A stretch of 64,000 nt of DNA, taken from an uncultured Burkholderiaceae bacterium (lineage in GTDB: Bacteria; Pseudomonadota; Gammaproteobacteria; Burkholderiales; Burkholderiaceae_A). The position numbers and the translations under genes were made by a program. Location: assembly GCA_964582195.1 (NCBI GenBank), contig CAZOQN010000002.1, forward strand, positions 608,916 through 672,915. The letters run 5' to 3'. Positions 49,169 to 62,618 of the stretch are shown here, piece by piece (position 1 is the stretch's first letter; every line of letters begins with the position of its first letter). The notes beneath the pieces were generated by a model that had not been told where the DNA came from, made no database searches, and saw nothing but the letters and a program-made list of their open reading frames with translations.

Positions 49169-50361
49169 GAGGTGCAGCGCTCCGCGATTTCGCTGGCATG
49201 CAGGCGTGCCTGCCGATCAACGCCGAGTAATTCCTCCAGAGACTGCGGCACGTGGGTTGTGCCGGAAGACATCTTTGATAGGGTCTGCTCGACCACCTTG
49301 AAGATATCGCCAAAGGCGATGCGCGCCTGCAAAAAAGCGGCGACCGCAACCTCGTTTGCCGCATTGAGCACAGCACTTGCTGCACCCCCTGCTATTAAGG
49401 CCGAACGCGCAAGCGAAAGTGATGGAAAACGTACATCATCGGGCGGCTCAAAATCAAGCTTGCGCGCAGCCGACCAATCGAGCTTCTGAACAGCGGCATC
49501 GATGCGATTTGGCCAGCTCATGGCACATGCAATGGGCGTGCGCATATCGGGTGCGCCCAGCTGAGCCAGCGTGGAGCCATCCTCAAACTCAACCATCGAG
49601 TGCACCACGCTTTGCGGATGAACGACCACATCAATGCGTGATTCGGGTAGCGCGAAAAGCCAGTGGGCCTCGATCAGCTCCAAACCCTTGTTCATCATGG
49701 TTGCGGAATCCACTGAGATTTTTTTCCCCATCGTCCAATTCGGATGTGCGATGGCCTGTGCAGCTGTTGCCCTGTTGATCGCTTCCTGAGACCAGGTGCG
49801 AAACGGCCCTCCCGAGGCCGTTAGCAAAAGACGCGTTACGCCTTTAGGCGTTTCGAAACAGCGATAGTTCTCGCCTAAGCACTGAAAGATTGCATTGTGC
49901 TCGCTATCCACTGGCAGCACGATCGCCCCTCCGGCCCGCACGGCCTCTACCATGAGGCGGCCGGCCATTACCAAGGCTTCTTTGTTGGCCAACAAAATCT
50001 TTTTGCCAGCCTTTGCTGCAGATAAAGCGGCATCAAGGCCTGCAGCGCCAACAATGCCAGCGACCACGGTATCTACCTCAGGGCTTGCTGCGACTTGGGC
50101 CAAGGCAGGCTCTCCATCGAGAACTTCGATGCCCTTCCCCCACTTTGAAGACGCAAGCGCAAAGCGAAGCCTGGCAGCGCTCGCACGATCCACGACTACA
50201 ACGCGCTTGGGATAAAAGCGTTCACATAGGCCGAGCAATTTTTCGACACTGCTATGGGCGCTTAGCACCTCGACCCGATAGCGATTGGGATGACGGGAAA
50301 TCAGGTCAAGCGTGCTCTCGCCAATCGAACCCGTTGCCCCCAAAACTGCAAATGACTCCAC
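49165..50361 (-). CDS. dxr: 1-deoxy-D-xylulose 5-phosphate reductoisomerase
   Basis: 'VLGATGSIGESTLDLI' and 'LLANKEALV' are present. Confidence 0.93.
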   Translation of the reverse strand: MESFAVLGATGSIGESTLDLISRHPNRYRVEVLSAHSSVEKLLGLCERFYPKRVVVVDRASAARLRFALASSKWGKGIEVLDGEPALAQVAASPEVDTVVAGIVGAAGLDAALSAAKAGKKILLANKEALVMAGRLMVEAVRAGGAIVLPVDSEHNAIFQCLGENYRCFETPKGVTRLLLTASGGPFRTWSQEAINRATAAQAIAHPNWTMGKKISVDSATMMNKGLELIEAHWLFALPESRIDVVVHPQSVVHSMVEFEDGSTLAQLGAPDMRTPIACAMSWPNRIDAAVQKLDWSAARKLDFEPPDDVRFPSLSLARSALIAGGAASAVLNAANEVAVAAFLQARIAFGDIFKVVEQTLSKMSSGTTHVPQSLEELLGVDRQARLHASEIAERCTS

Positions 50362-50364
50362 CCC

Positions 50365-51246
50365 TTATCTCCCCAGCAGGCCTGACTGCATCAAGGTTAC
50401 CAAGAACATGGTGACCGGAAACACCGCCAGCAGTGCGTCAATTCGGTCAAGGACTCCGCCGTGGCCAGGCAGGATATGGCCAGAGTCTTTCACGCCGGCA
50501 AGCCGCTTGAGGAGCGATTCATACAAGTCGCCAGAAACACTGACCAAGGTCACCAAAAGAGTGAAGGCCAGCATCAAGGGCATGCCCAGGGACATTGCCA
50601 TCCAGGAAAACAAGTTCCCGGCCGGGTTCGACTGCGAAACAAGATCAGTTTGCGAGAGACCAATCGCAAGCACGATGTTTGCCAGCAAAGCGCCGGCTAC
50701 GCCCTCCCAGGTCTTGCCAGGGCTAATTTCGGGCGCAAGCTTGTGCTTTCCAAAAACTCGACCTGCAAAGTATGCCGCTGTATCAGCCACCCAGACCAGC
50801 AGCAAAACCGAGAGGAAAAACCATTTCCCCAATCCATCGGCATGCAACAGGGCAATTCCCGCCGCCAGACAAAGCATGACCGCAAGGAGTTGCCCCACAA
50901 CGGTTTTTGCGCCAACCGCCTCGCGGCGAGAAAGCGCAAACGGCACCAACAGCACCCAAAACACTACTGCGGCAGCGTAAAGCCACACCAAGGCAGCACC
51001 GCTGCCCAAGGCAATGTCGGCTATCTTGGGGGGGAAAACAAGCGCTAGCACCATGGGCGCAAACACGCCGAGTGCCACGAAAAAACTCTTGCGAGGCGAG
51101 ACACTCAATAACTTGAGCCACTCGAACAAGGCGGCGCAAACAATTGCGAACAACAACACATCAAAAGCGGGCGCTGGCGCAAATAGCGCCATAGCGAACA
51201 GAATAATCAGGGCAACGACAGCGGTTAAGACACGGGTGCCGAGCAT
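50365..51246 (-). CDS. cdsA: Phosphatidate cytidylyltransferase CdsA
   Basis: It is polytopic with the CTP-transferase signature '[29 protein letters not shown]'. Confidence 0.92.
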   Translation of the reverse strand: MLGTRVLTAVVALIILFAMALFAPAPAFDVLLFAIVCAALFEWLKLLSVSPRKSFFVALGVFAPMVLALVFPPKIADIALGSGAALVWLYAAAVVFWVLLVPFALSRREAVGAKTVVGQLLAVMLCLAAGIALLHADGLGKWFFLSVLLLVWVADTAAYFAGRVFGKHKLAPEISPGKTWEGVAGALLANIVLAIGLSQTDLVSQSNPAGNLFSWMAMSLGMPLMLAFTLLVTLVSVSGDLYESLLKRLAGVKDSGHILPGHGGVLDRIDALLAVFPVTMFLVTLMQSGLLGR

Positions 51247-52007
51247 TGGGCCAGTTGCGCTGAGGTACGGCCAAATCGGCGCTCCCTGCGGCGATAGGAG
51301 TCAATCGCCGACAAGAGCATAGCCTCATCAAAATCCGGCCAATAGGCATCGGTGAAATACAGTTCGGTATACGCCAACTGCCAGATCATGAAGTTGCTAA
51401 TGCGCTGCTCGCCTCCGGTTCGGATAAACAAATCCGGCTCAGGCGCAAAGGCCATGGCCAAGTGGGGGGAGAGCATTTCCTCGCTGATGGCCGAGCCCTG
51501 CTGGATCTGCTCAGGATGCGCATCCATCATTTTTCGGGTGGCCTGCAAAATATCCCAGCGGCCACCGTAGTTGGCTGCAACCGTGAGATGAAACGCATCG
51601 TTCTTCGCTGTGGCCTGCTCTGCTCGCTCAATCGCAGCCCGCAACGAGCCGCTAAAGGCGGACAAATCCCCAATGATTCGAAGCCGCACGCCATTGTCAT
51701 TGAGTTCACGAACCTCTTTTTCCAAAGCCTTGATAAAAAGCTTCATCAGAAATGACACTTCCTCTTCGGGCCTGCGCCAATTTTCTGAGCTAAACGCAAA
51801 TACTGTGAGGTAACGAACCCCCTGGCGCATGCAGGCTTCCACTGCCGCTCGAAGCGCCGCGACCCCGCGCTCGTGGCCCACCATGCGGGGCAGCTTTCGA
51901 GCGTTTGCCCAGCGGCCATTGCCATCCATGATCACCGCGATGTGCTGAGGCACGTCCGAGACTTTCGGGATTTCGAGGGTTGAGCTTTGCTGAGGGGTGT
52001 GGGCCAT
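51225..52007 (-). CDS. uppS: Ditrans,polycis-undecaprenyl-diphosphate synthase UppS
   Basis: It has '[13 protein letters not shown]', '[11 protein letters not shown]' and the '[11 protein letters not shown]' motifs. Confidence 0.93.
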   Translation of the reverse strand: MAHTPQQSSTLEIPKVSDVPQHIAVIMDGNGRWANARKLPRMVGHERGVAALRAAVEACMRQGVRYLTVFAFSSENWRRPEEEVSFLMKLFIKALEKEVRELNDNGVRLRIIGDLSAFSGSLRAAIERAEQATAKNDAFHLTVAANYGGRWDILQATRKMMDAHPEQIQQGSAISEEMLSPHLAMAFAPEPDLFIRTGGEQRISNFMIWQLAYTELYFTDAYWPDFDEAMLLSAIDSYRRRERRFGRTSAQLAQCSAPVS

Positions 52008-52008
52008 A

Positions 52009-52572
52009 TCAAACCGTCATGATCTCGGATTCTTTTTGAGCCAACAGTTTATCAATTTCAGAAATATATTTATCAGTGAGCTTTTGGGTGTCGTCTTGGC
52101 CGCGTCGCTCGTCATCTTCCGAGATCGCCTTGTCTTTCACAAGCTTTTTCAACGATTCATTGGCATCACGACGAATATTCCGGATGGCAACCTTGGCATC
52201 CTCACCCTCGTGACGCACAACTTTAGTGAGCTCCTTGCGACGCTCTTCTGTCAACGCCGGCATAGGCACGCGAATCAAATCGCCCGATGTTGCCGGGTTT
52301 AGGCCCAGGTCTGACTCCCGAATGGCCTTCTCCACCACAGCGACCATTTTCTTTTCCCAAGGCTGAACGCCAATGGTTCTGCTGTCGACCAAGGTGATGT
52401 TGGCCACCTGGTTGAGCGGTGTAGGGTTGCCATAGTAATCCACCTGAATGTGATCCATAAGGCCGGTGTGGGCTCGGCCGGTGCGCACTTTGCCAAGGTT
52501 TGTCTTAAAGTTCTCAATCGTGCGCGACATTTTTTGCTCTGCCTGGCTGCGAATCGCTTGAACTGTGCTCAT
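52009..52572 (-). CDS. frr: Ribosome recycling factor
   Basis: '[27 protein letters not shown]' is present. The start was set to the ATG at 52572, because the track start at 52587 is TTG. Confidence 0.92.
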   Translation of the reverse strand: MSTVQAIRSQAEQKMSRTIENFKTNLGKVRTGRAHTGLMDHIQVDYYGNPTPLNQVANITLVDSRTIGVQPWEKKMVAVVEKAIRESDLGLNPATSGDLIRVPMPALTEERRKELTKVVRHEGEDAKVAIRNIRRDANESLKKLVKDKAISEDDERRGQDDTQKLTDKYISEIDKLLAQKESEIMTV

Positions 52573-52596
52573 CTCACGCTCTGTCAAAAGTAATCA

Positions 52597-53304
52597 TTAG
52601 ACATGGACCAAAGTGCCCTCGGGCTCGCCTTTCACAATGCGGGCCAAAGCGCCTTTTTTGAAAATACTGAAAACACGAATCGGAAGTTTCTGGTCTCGGC
52701 ACAACGCAAAAGCAGTCGCATCCATTACCCTCAGGTTCTTGGAAATCGCCTCATCAAAGCTGACCTGCTCATAGCGCACGGCAGAAGGATTCTTGGCGGG
52801 ATCTGCGTTGTAGACACCATCGACCTTTGTCGCTTTGAGCACTATCTGTGCGCCCACCTCGGCGCCGCGCAGTGCGGCTGCGGTGTCGGTCGTGAAAAAC
52901 GGGTTGCCCGTACCTGCAGCAAAGATCACGATCTTGCCTTCTTCCAGATACCGAATCGCCTTGGGCCGAATATAAGGCTCCACCACCTGATCAATTCGCA
53001 AAGCCGACTGCACCCGCGCCGTGAGTCCTGCGCGGCCTATGGCGTCTTGCAGTGCCAATGCATTCATGACAGTGGCAATCATTCCCATGTAATCGGCAGT
53101 GGCCCGGTCCATGCCCGCAGCGCCTAGGGCAACACCCCGAAAGATGTTGCCTCCGCCAATCACAACGGCGGTTTGCACCCCAAGCGATGACACCTCGGCG
53201 ATCTCCTTCACAATGCCATCGATCGTTTCACGGTTGATACCATAGGGATCACTGCCCATGAGGGCCTCGCCTGAAAGCTTGAGAAGAATTCGCTGAATGG
53301 TCAC
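52597..53304 (-). CDS. pyrH: UMP kinase PyrH
   Basis: It has '[13 protein letters not shown]' and '[11 protein letters not shown]'. The GTG start overlaps the tsf stop (GTGA). Confidence 0.93.
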   Translation of the reverse strand: MTIQRILLKLSGEALMGSDPYGINRETIDGIVKEIAEVSSLGVQTAVVIGGGNIFRGVALGAAGMDRATADYMGMIATVMNALALQDAIGRAGLTARVQSALRIDQVVEPYIRPKAIRYLEEGKIVIFAAGTGNPFFTTDTAAALRGAEVGAQIVLKATKVDGVYNADPAKNPSAVRYEQVSFDEAISKNLRVMDATAFALCRDQKLPIRVFSIFKKGALARIVKGEPEGTLVHV

Positions 53305-54191
53305 GCAGCCCTCGCAGCCGCCTGCTGTGCCGCAACCTCAGCAGCGAAATCAGTGACTTTTTTCTCAATACCCTCGCCTACGATATAAATCACGAATGAG
53401 GCAATCGAGGCGTTTTTGGCCTTTAGCAGTTGCTCGATCGTTTGTTTGCCATCTTCCGCTTTGACAAACACCTGGCCCAATAGCGTGACCTCCTTCAAAA
53501 ACTTCTGTACCGTGCCTTCGACCATTTTCGCAACGATCTCAGCAGGCTTTCCGGACTCGGCTGCTTTCTCGGTGGCAATACGGCGTTCGGTATCAATCAG
53601 CGCTACATCCACGCCGGATGAATCGAGGGCTTTGGGTTTTGACGCTGCAATATGCATTGCCAGATCGCGGCCGAGTTGCTCATCGCCGCCCACCAAATCA
53701 ACGAGAACACCAATTTTGGCGCCACCATGAATGTAGGAAAACAACTTGCCTTTAGCCTGAATGGCCGAGAAACGGCGCACCGTTATGTTCTCACCGATTT
53801 TGCCAACCAAGGCAGTGCGCACCGAATCGACTGTGCCGCCTGCCATGGGCTTGCTGGCCAAGTCTTCAACGGAGGCAACTCCGCCGGCGCAGACAAGCTT
53901 GGCAAGATTGCTGCTGAAGGCAAGAAAGTCTTCATTCTTCGCAACAAAGTCGGTCTCGCAATTCACCTCCACCATGGCCGCCTTGCTACCTTCAACATGC
54001 AAGGCCACAATGCCCTCTGCGGTGATACGTGCGGCAGCTTTGCTCGCCTTGCTGCCGAGTTTGACGCGAAGCACTTCTTCGGCCTTGGCCATATCGCCGT
54101 TAGCTTCGGCGAGTGCCTTTTTACATTCCATCATGGGAGCGTCGGTTTTCTCACGAAGCTCCTTGACCATTGCTGCGGTAATTTCCGCCAT
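53301..54191 (-). CDS. tsf: Translation elongation factor Ts
   Basis: '[39 protein letters not shown]' is present. Confidence 0.95.
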   Translation of the reverse strand: MAEITAAMVKELREKTDAPMMECKKALAEANGDMAKAEEVLRVKLGSKASKAAARITAEGIVALHVEGSKAAMVEVNCETDFVAKNEDFLAFSSNLAKLVCAGGVASVEDLASKPMAGGTVDSVRTALVGKIGENITVRRFSAIQAKGKLFSYIHGGAKIGVLVDLVGGDEQLGRDLAMHIAASKPKALDSSGVDVALIDTERRIATEKAAESGKPAEIVAKMVEGTVQKFLKEVTLLGQVFVKAEDGKQTIEQLLKAKNASIASFVIYIVGEGIEKKVTDFAAEVAAQQAAARAA

Positions 54192-54220
54192 TGTGTTTCT
54201 CCTGTTTATCCGTTCGATAT

Positions 54221-54244
54221 AAAAAAGGCCCGGCGATGCGGGCC
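54221..54244 (-). terminator. rpsB-tsf intergenic hairpin plus T-run (intrinsic terminator/attenuator)
   Basis: The minus strand reads GGCCCGCATCGCCGGGCC followed by TTTTTT. It lies 14 nt after the rpsB stop and upstream of tsf. Confidence 0.7.
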
Positions 54245-54257
54245 TGAAGAGAACGCC

Positions 54258-55010
54258 TCACGCCCCCTCTTCAACCTCGACAAACTCTTCATCGCCCTCG
54301 CTACGAATCGCGGCTACCACATCAGCCACAGCGTTGGCACGGCCATCCAGTACCGAATCGGCTACAGCGCGGGCGTAGAGCTTGACTGCACGGCTTGCGT
54401 CGTCATTGCCAGGAATGATGTAATCAACGCCTTCGGGAGAGTGGTTGGTATCGACAACGGCCACGACGGGAATGCCGAGCTTGTTGGCTTCCTGCACAGC
54501 GATCTTGTGATAGCCAACATCGACGACGAATAAAGCATCGGGCAGGCCAGCCATGTCTTTGATTCCGCCAAGGGTTTTGTTGAGCTTTTCAAGCTCACGG
54601 CCAAAAGAAAGCGCCTCTTTTTTACTCATGCGCTCAAGGCCCCCCTCGGCCACGACCGTTTCCATGTCTTTTAAGCGCTTGATCGAGGCCTTCACTGTCT
54701 TGAAATTGGTGAGCATGCCGCCCAGCCAGCGCTGGTCAACATAGGGCTGGCCTGCGCGGGTGGCCTCCTCGGCAATAATTTCGCGCGACTGGCGCTTGGT
54801 GCCGACAAAAAGCACGGTGCCACGACGTTGGGCGAGTTGTTTTACAAATTTGAGCGCATCACCAAGGTGGGCCACTGTGTGCTCAAGATTGATGATGTGG
54901 ATTTTGTTGCGATGGCCAAAAATATATGGGGCCATCTTGGGGTTCCAGAAGCGGGTTTGGTGGCCAAAATGCACGCCAGCTTCCAGCATTTCACGCATTG
55001 ATACAGACAT
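54258..55010 (-). CDS. rpsB: 30S ribosomal protein S2
   Basis: '[26 protein letters not shown]' is the conserved N-terminus, and AGGAGA lies 5 nt upstream. The track start at 55067 is an artefactual extension into the leader. Confidence 0.95.
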   Translation of the reverse strand: MSVSMREMLEAGVHFGHQTRFWNPKMAPYIFGHRNKIHIINLEHTVAHLGDALKFVKQLAQRRGTVLFVGTKRQSREIIAEEATRAGQPYVDQRWLGGMLTNFKTVKASIKRLKDMETVVAEGGLERMSKKEALSFGRELEKLNKTLGGIKDMAGLPDALFVVDVGYHKIAVQEANKLGIPVVAVVDTNHSPEGVDYIIPGNDDASRAVKLYARAVADSVLDGRANAVADVVAAIRSEGDEEFVEVEEGA

Positions 55011-55080
55011 GTTTTCTCCTTGCAAGGGTTTCACTCGGCGCTCGAAGAGTCTGCATAAACCATGCAAACACCCTTGCCTC
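55011..55080 (-). promoter_or_regulatory. rpsB 5' leader stem-loop adjacent to the RBS
   Basis: An 8-bp inverted repeat, GCAAGGGT (55022-55029) / ACCCTTGC (55070-55077), closes a 40-nt loop. On the mRNA it sits directly 5' of AGGAGA (55015-55020). Confidence 0.4.
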
Positions 55081-55233
55081 GAACGCTTCGGTTTTAAATT
55101 CGGGCAAAATGCTTACGCTGTTGCCCCCTTTCCTGGGGCCAGCACAGCCATGCCCCGCTACCCAGACTCTTTCTTGGAACCGAAAACTGCTTAAATATCA
55201 AAGAGTTCGGATAACACGGTATTCTAGCGCCTT

Positions 55234-56037
55234 ATGTCGATCATCATCAAATCCGATCAAGATATCGCTGCCATGCGGGTTGCAGGCCGCCTGGCCTCCG
55301 AGGTTCTCGACTACATCTCCCCCTTTGTAAAGGCTGGGGTCACCACGGGAGAGCTCGATCGGCTCTGCCATGACTTCATGGTCAATGTCCAAGGCACCAT
55401 TCCAGCCCCGCTGAACTATTGCCCGCCGGGCTATAAACCCTACCCCAAGTCCATCTGCACCTCGGTCAACCACCAGGTCTGCCATGGCGTGCCCGGCGAT
55501 CGCTTGCTCAAAAATGGGGATATCGTGAACCTCGACATCACGGTCATCAAAGATGGCTTCCACGGTGACACAAGCCGCATGTTCCTGATCGGCGAGCCTT
55601 CGATTGCAGCCAAACGTCTATGCGATTTAACGCGAGAGGCCATGTGGGCAGGCATCAACCAGGTGGCCCCTGGCAAAAAGCTTGGCGATATCGGCGCCGC
55701 CATCCAGAAGTTTGCTGAGTCTCATGGCTACTCGATTGTTCGGGAGTTTTGTGGCCACGGCATTGGCAAAGGCTTTCATGAGGAACCCCAAGTGCTGCAC
55801 TACGGCCGCCCGGGCACGGGTGTGGAGCTCAAGGCCGGCATGACCTTTACTATCGAGCCCATGATCAATGCGGGCCGGCCGGAAATTCGGGAGCTAGCCG
55901 ACGGCTGGACGATTGTTACCAAAGACCACAGCCTTTCGGCCCAGTGGGAACACACGGTCTTGGTCACCGAGACCGGCTATGAAGTGCTGACCGTCTCGGA
56001 AGGAAGCCCGGACCGTGACCGCTGCGCCCAACATTGA
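55234..56037 (+). CDS. map: Type I methionine aminopeptidase
   Basis: 'IKSDQDIAAMRVAGRLASEVL' is present. Metal ligands lie in 'NLDITVIKDGFHGDTS', 'CGHGIG' and 'FTIEPM'. Confidence 0.95.
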   Translation: MSIIIKSDQDIAAMRVAGRLASEVLDYISPFVKAGVTTGELDRLCHDFMVNVQGTIPAPLNYCPPGYKPYPKSICTSVNHQVCHGVPGDRLLKNGDIVNLDITVIKDGFHGDTSRMFLIGEPSIAAKRLCDLTREAMWAGINQVAPGKKLGDIGAAIQKFAESHGYSIVREFCGHGIGKGFHEEPQVLHYGRPGTGVELKAGMTFTIEPMINAGRPEIRELADGWTIVTKDHSLSAQWEHTVLVTETGYEVLTVSEGSPDRDRCAQH

Positions 56038-58609
56038 GCAGATTCGGAACACACTAAAGCGGGCGAGGCAGGCCCACTTTGAAAGATGGGCACCAAAGTC
56101 TAACCCTGAGGTGCTGCTGCGTGAACACGCGAAGATCGTCGATCAGGCCCTCACAGCGCTCTGGGCCAGCGTTTCCGTCGCCGGGGCGTCATTGGTCGCC
56201 GTGGGCGGCTATGGCCGCGGAGAGCTTGCCCCCTATTCCGATATCGATCTTCTGGTGCTCATGCCCGAGGGCTATGAGGAAGCCGAAATTACGCGGGATG
56301 CGGAAGCCTTGGTCACCGCGCTTTGGGATATTGGACTTGATGTGGGCCACAGCATTCGATCAGTCTCGGAATGCATGGAGCAAGCAAAACAAGCTGTGAG
56401 CATTGCCACGGCCTTGCTTGAAGCCCGACACATCGCTGGGCCAAAGGCCTTGGTCCGAGCGTTGAAAAAAGCTTGGGCCGAGCAGTTGCAGGTCACTGAC
56501 TTTGCGCAAAGCAAACTCTTGGAAATGCAGCAGCGACATGCCAGGCACCAGGATACGCCCTACAGCCTCGAGCCGAATTGCAAGGAAAGCCCCGGTGGCC
56601 TTCGCGACTTGCAGGTTCTTCGTTGGATCACAACCGCATTTGGCCTGAGTCCCCGATGGCAAGACCTGGCAAGAGATGGTCTCATCACAGAAATAGAAGC
56701 CCGTGAACTGGCACGGGGTCAGAAGCGATTACAGCTCATTCGCGGCCATCTGCATCTGGTCGCGGGAAGACGGGAAGACCGTCTCGTATTTGATTTGCAA
56801 AACGCAGTGGCCAAGCGTTTGGAGATTGCGCCTACGGGCAACCGCCGCGCCAGCGAAGTACTGATGCAAAGCTATTATCGATCGGCAAAGGTTGTGCTTC
56901 AGATCAGCTCAATGCTGCTCGCAAACCTGGAGCCCAGGCTTTTCCCCTCGCCTTCACTTGCCGCCGATGCCAAGCCCCGGGAAATCGATAACGAATTCCA
57001 GGAAGTCTATGGGCTGCTCGACATCCGGGATCCGTTTCTGTTCGACAAAACCCCTGCTGCAATACTTCGGGCTTTTTTAAAACTGCAGCGCCACTCAGAG
57101 CTTCGGGGCATGTCGCCAAAAACGATTCGGGCTATTTGGAACCATCGTGATCGGATCGATGCGAAATTCAGAGCCGCGCCTGAAAACCGAGCGCTTTTTT
57201 TAGAGATATTCAAGCAGCCGCAGGGCATTGTGCATGGGCTGCGGCTGATGAATGACCTTGGCGTGCTCGGACGCATGTTGCCTGTATTTCGGCGCATCGT
57301 AGGCCAGATGCAGCACGACTTGTTTCATGTCTACACGGTTGATCAGCACATCTTGCAGGTGATTCGGAATCTGCGCAGGCTCACCATGGATGAGCATGCC
57401 CACGAGTTCCCTTTGTGCAGCCGGCTGATGGCCCAGTTTCACTGGCCCTGGGTCCTCTATATTGCAGCGTTGTTTCATGACATCGCCAAAGGCCGCGGAG
57501 GCGATCACTCTGAGCTTGGCAAGCTGGAGGTACGCCGCTTTGCAAGAGACTATGGCCTTGATGAAGACACACGCAAGCTTCTAGCGTTTTTAGTCGAACA
57601 CCACCTCACAATGTCTTCAGTTGCGCAGAAACAAGACCTTGCCGACCCAGAGACCATTCGGAAATTTGCAAAGCTTGTGAAAACGCCGCATCGGCTCACG
57701 GCCCTGTACTTGCTCACCGTAGCCGATATTCGGGGCACGAGCCCGAAGGTGTGGAACAACTGGAAAGCAAGGCTTTTGGAAGAGCTCTATCACAAGACCC
57801 TCGAGATGCTCTCCGCTGAAGGTTTGCGCAAGCGCACCCCGGTTGATTTTCCGCAGGATGCCTTTCACGTGAAAACTCAAGACGCAGAACGACTCTTGCT
57901 TTTGCACGGCCGTGACACGCAGGCTGCGAAAGATTTCTGGAAGACCCTCGAGCTGCAGTATTTCCTGAGGCATGACCCCCAGGACATTGAGTGGCATGCC
58001 CGCATGCTCGCCTGGCGAAATGAGCCTGAACATCCGATCGTGCTGGCCCGTGTCTCACCCGATGAAGTGGGGCTGCAGGTGGTGGTGTATCAACACGATG
58101 AGCGTGATCTGTTTGCGCGAATCTGTGCGTATTTTGACGCACAGAATTTGAGCGTGCTCGATGCAAAAATCCACACCACGTCCACCGGGTATGCATTGGA
58201 TACCTTTGTGGTCGATCATCGGCAGTTTCACGAGCATCAGCGTGAAATGGCTAGCATCGTGGAGGCTGGCTTGGCGCAAGCCTTGCAACACCGCGGGGCA
58301 CTACCCGAGCCAGTGCGCAGCAGAGTCTCGCGACAGTCCCGTTACTTTCCCATTCCGCCTACCGTGGATCTACGGCCCGACTCCCGAGGCCGGTTTCATG
58401 TCTTGACGGTGACCGCGGCCGACCGCTCAGGGCTTTTGTATTCCATTGCCCGAACCCTGGTTTCCCATCGGGTCAGCCTTCAAACCGCCCGCATCATGAC
58501 CTTGGGCGAACGGGCCGAGGACACCTTCCTGATTGAAGGCTCGGCTCTGCAGGAAAACCGCAACCAGATTCAGCTGGAAAAAGATTTGCTCAAGGCGCTG
58601 GCGGCTTGA
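56015..58609 (+). CDS. glnD: [Protein-PII] uridylyltransferase / uridylyl-removing enzyme GlnD
   Basis: The NTase motif 'GGYGRGELAPYSDIDLL' is followed by the HD domain 'LFHDIAKG' and two C-terminal ACT domains. It lies downstream of map, as in many proteobacteria. Confidence 0.93.
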   Translation: MTAAPNIEQIRNTLKRARQAHFERWAPKSNPEVLLREHAKIVDQALTALWASVSVAGASLVAVGGYGRGELAPYSDIDLLVLMPEGYEEAEITRDAEALVTALWDIGLDVGHSIRSVSECMEQAKQAVSIATALLEARHIAGPKALVRALKKAWAEQLQVTDFAQSKLLEMQQRHARHQDTPYSLEPNCKESPGGLRDLQVLRWITTAFGLSPRWQDLARDGLITEIEARELARGQKRLQLIRGHLHLVAGRREDRLVFDLQNAVAKRLEIAPTGNRRASEVLMQSYYRSAKVVLQISSMLLANLEPRLFPSPSLAADAKPREIDNEFQEVYGLLDIRDPFLFDKTPAAILRAFLKLQRHSELRGMSPKTIRAIWNHRDRIDAKFRAAPENRALFLEIFKQPQGIVHGLRLMNDLGVLGRMLPVFRRIVGQMQHDLFHVYTVDQHILQVIRNLRRLTMDEHAHEFPLCSRLMAQFHWPWVLYIAALFHDIAKGRGGDHSELGKLEVRRFARDYGLDEDTRKLLAFLVEHHLTMSSVAQKQDLADPETIRKFAKLVKTPHRLTALYLLTVADIRGTSPKVWNNWKARLLEELYHKTLEMLSAEGLRKRTPVDFPQDAFHVKTQDAERLLLLHGRDTQAAKDFWKTLELQYFLRHDPQDIEWHARMLAWRNEPEHPIVLARVSPDEVGLQVVVYQHDERDLFARICAYFDAQNLSVLDAKIHTTSTGYALDTFVVDHRQFHEHQREMASIVEAGLAQALQHRGALPEPVRSRVSRQSRYFPIPPTVDLRPDSRGRFHVLTVTAADRSGLLYSIARTLVSHRVSLQTARIMTLGERAEDTFLIEGSALQENRNQIQLEKDLLKALAA

Positions 58610-58624
58610 CACAGGCTCAGGGCC

Positions 58625-59509
58625 TCATGAACTCTTCACCCACTTCGAAAACTCTACCCCAACCTCTGGGTGACGCTTGGCCAGTGTCACCGAGGCCTGC
58701 AGATAACCAAGTTTTGATCCGCAATCAAAACGCCTGCCCTCAAACCGATAAGCAAGCACAGGCTCTTCAGCCAATAGCTTTGCAATGGCATCGGTAAGCT
58801 GAATTTCGCCTCCAGCGCCAGGAGGCTGGGCACGAATCAAGTCGAAAATTCTCGGCGTTAGGAGATAACGGCCCACCACTGCAAGCGTCGAAGGGGCAAC
58901 ATCTGGCTTTGGTTTTTCAATAATTCCGGTGATGCGCTCGGTTCGCTCGCCCCAGGGTGATGCGCTCACGATGCCATATTTGTTGGTGTCTTCGCGCGGC
59001 ACCTCTTCTACCGCAATCACACTCGCGTGATGCTTTTCGAAAAGCTCTGCCATCTGCCGCATCACCGCCGTGCCATTTTCGCCCGCATCCATCAGATCAT
59101 CGGCAAGCAAAATGGCAAAGGGCTCATCGCCCACCACCGGCTCGGCACACAAGACGGCATGGCCTAAGCCAAGCGCCTCGGGCTGACGAATATAAATACA
59201 GTTAATGCTCGAAGGTGCAACACTCTTTACGACTGCCAATAGCTCATGCTTGTTTTTTGCCTCGAGCTCGCTCTCCAGCTCATAGGCCTTATCGAAATGA
59301 TCCTCAATCGCACGCTTACTTCGGCCCGTGATAAAAATCATATCGGTAATGCCTGCAGCCGCCGCCTCTTCCACCGCATACTGAATGAGCGGCTTGTCCA
59401 CCACAGGCAGCATTTCCTTGGGGCTTGCTTTAGTGGCAGGTAGAAACCGGGTGCCTAAGCCGGCAACAGGGAATACGGCTTTGCGGACTTTTCCGGAGTA
59501 TTTCGACAT
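58625..59509 (-). CDS. galU: UTP--glucose-1-phosphate uridylyltransferase GalU
   Basis: '[35 protein letters not shown]' is present. Confidence 0.93.
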   Translation of the reverse strand: MSKYSGKVRKAVFPVAGLGTRFLPATKASPKEMLPVVDKPLIQYAVEEAAAAGITDMIFITGRSKRAIEDHFDKAYELESELEAKNKHELLAVVKSVAPSSINCIYIRQPEALGLGHAVLCAEPVVGDEPFAILLADDLMDAGENGTAVMRQMAELFEKHHASVIAVEEVPREDTNKYGIVSASPWGERTERITGIIEKPKPDVAPSTLAVVGRYLLTPRIFDLIRAQPPGAGGEIQLTDAIAKLLAEEPVLAYRFEGRRFDCGSKLGYLQASVTLAKRHPEVGVEFSKWVKSS

Positions 59510-59579
59510 TGCTATTTCCTAAGTAATTCAAGAATTCAGATGCCCACGCTCGGTTGCAGCGGGCTCGGGATGACGAACA

Positions 59580-61676
<2,097 letters not shown>

Positions 61677-62618
61677 TTACAAAAATAAGCGCAAAGCAAC
61701 GGGCGAACCGGGCTCAATTCCTGCCTGCTCAAGGGCTCGCTCTTTTACAGCCACCTGATCGGCGATTAACTCAAAATCACGCGGCCCGAGGCCGCGGCCT
61801 GAATCGTCCGATAATCGTCCCGACAGGATTTCCGCCATCGATTGTGCGGTCTTGAGCATTTCCTCAAAAGCGCGCCTCGGTTCAGCGGTGCGAGGAACAT
61901 CGAGCAGCAAAACAAGTGTCTCTCCCGTATCGCCGGGAAAAACCGAAAATCGCTGCTGGCCCATTCCCCCCATCGCAAAACGCGACTCCCCGCGCTGCTC
62001 CAACCCAACCGCCAGTGCAGCGCTGCTAATCGCATCGGTCGACAACACACGATCAACTCGAATCAGCAAAGAGAGCTGAGCATCGACCGCAGCGCATTGC
62101 TGATCAAGGGCTCTTGCCTTTGACAACACCGACGACATATCGGGCATTAAAAGGCGTGCACCAAGACCTGTTGCTAGCCTGGCGAGGAACTCTTGCCACT
62201 CGGTGTATTCCATGGCGTGCAAAGGGCCTGCGCGCGTGGCCAACAAAACCCCGATTTGTAATTCGCATATCCGCTGGGAATTAGGCTGCGCCACGGCCAA
62301 CGCATCTGCTGCCGCACGCCAAGCAAACAATAAGGGCTTGGAGCCTACTCGGCGCACTCCGCGCAGCTCGGCTTCCACCCGACTCACTGAAGCGGGCTCT
62401 TGCCAGGAAAGCACGGCAATTGCCTCGGAGAACTCGCTGGGCATATCGGCCTGCTGTGAACGATCTGCCACCACCCGCATGACCGGCTCTTCCATGGCCG
62501 CAGGTACTTTTTTCTCGATCGACTTGCTCGCCGTCTGACGGTCCCTGAAATTTGCAAACAACACCCACACTAAAACAATCGCTGCCCCTGCAATGATTGC
62601 AAGCTGCAATTCGGTCAC
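61677..62618 (-). CDS. zipA: Cell division protein ZipA
   Basis: An N-terminal TM 'LAIIAGAAIVLVWVLFA' is followed by a linker. The C-terminal FtsZ-binding-like domain ends 'GIEPGSPVALRLFL'. It sits in the conserved smc-zipA-ligA order. Confidence 0.8.
   Translation of the reverse strand: MTELQLAIIAGAAIVLVWVLFANFRDRQTASKSIEKKVPAAMEEPVMRVVADRSQQADMPSEFSEAIAVLSWQEPASVSRVEAELRGVRRVGSKPLLFAWRAAADALAVAQPNSQRICELQIGVLLATRAGPLHAMEYTEWQEFLARLATGLGARLLMPDMSSVLSKARALDQQCAAVDAQLSLLIRVDRVLSTDAISSAALAVGLEQRGESRFAMGGMGQQRFSVFPGDTGETLVLLLDVPRTAEPRRAFEEMLKTAQSMAEILSGRLSDDSGRGLGPRDFELIADQVAVKERALEQAGIEPGSPVALRLFL

Noticed and set aside
53652-54533. 293-aa plus-strand ORF opposite tsf and rpsB, and similar long antisense ORFs opposite cdsA (50312-50980), lpxD (43864-44580), tmk (25380-25991), pyrH (52603-53127) and lpxA (42803-43330)
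   Set aside because: Each lies opposite a universally conserved gene with unmistakable motifs. The antisense translations have no recognisable motifs and skewed composition.
55011-55067. ORF-track N-terminal extensions: rpsB to 55067, fabZ to 43903, smpB from 37285, yciB from 30429, ppiC from 31243, DUF465 to 33399, lipoprotein from 16336, frr to 52587
   Set aside because: The conserved family N-termini begin at internal ATGs with better RBS or ATGA coupling. The extensions overlap neighbouring genes or leaders and have non-protein-like composition.
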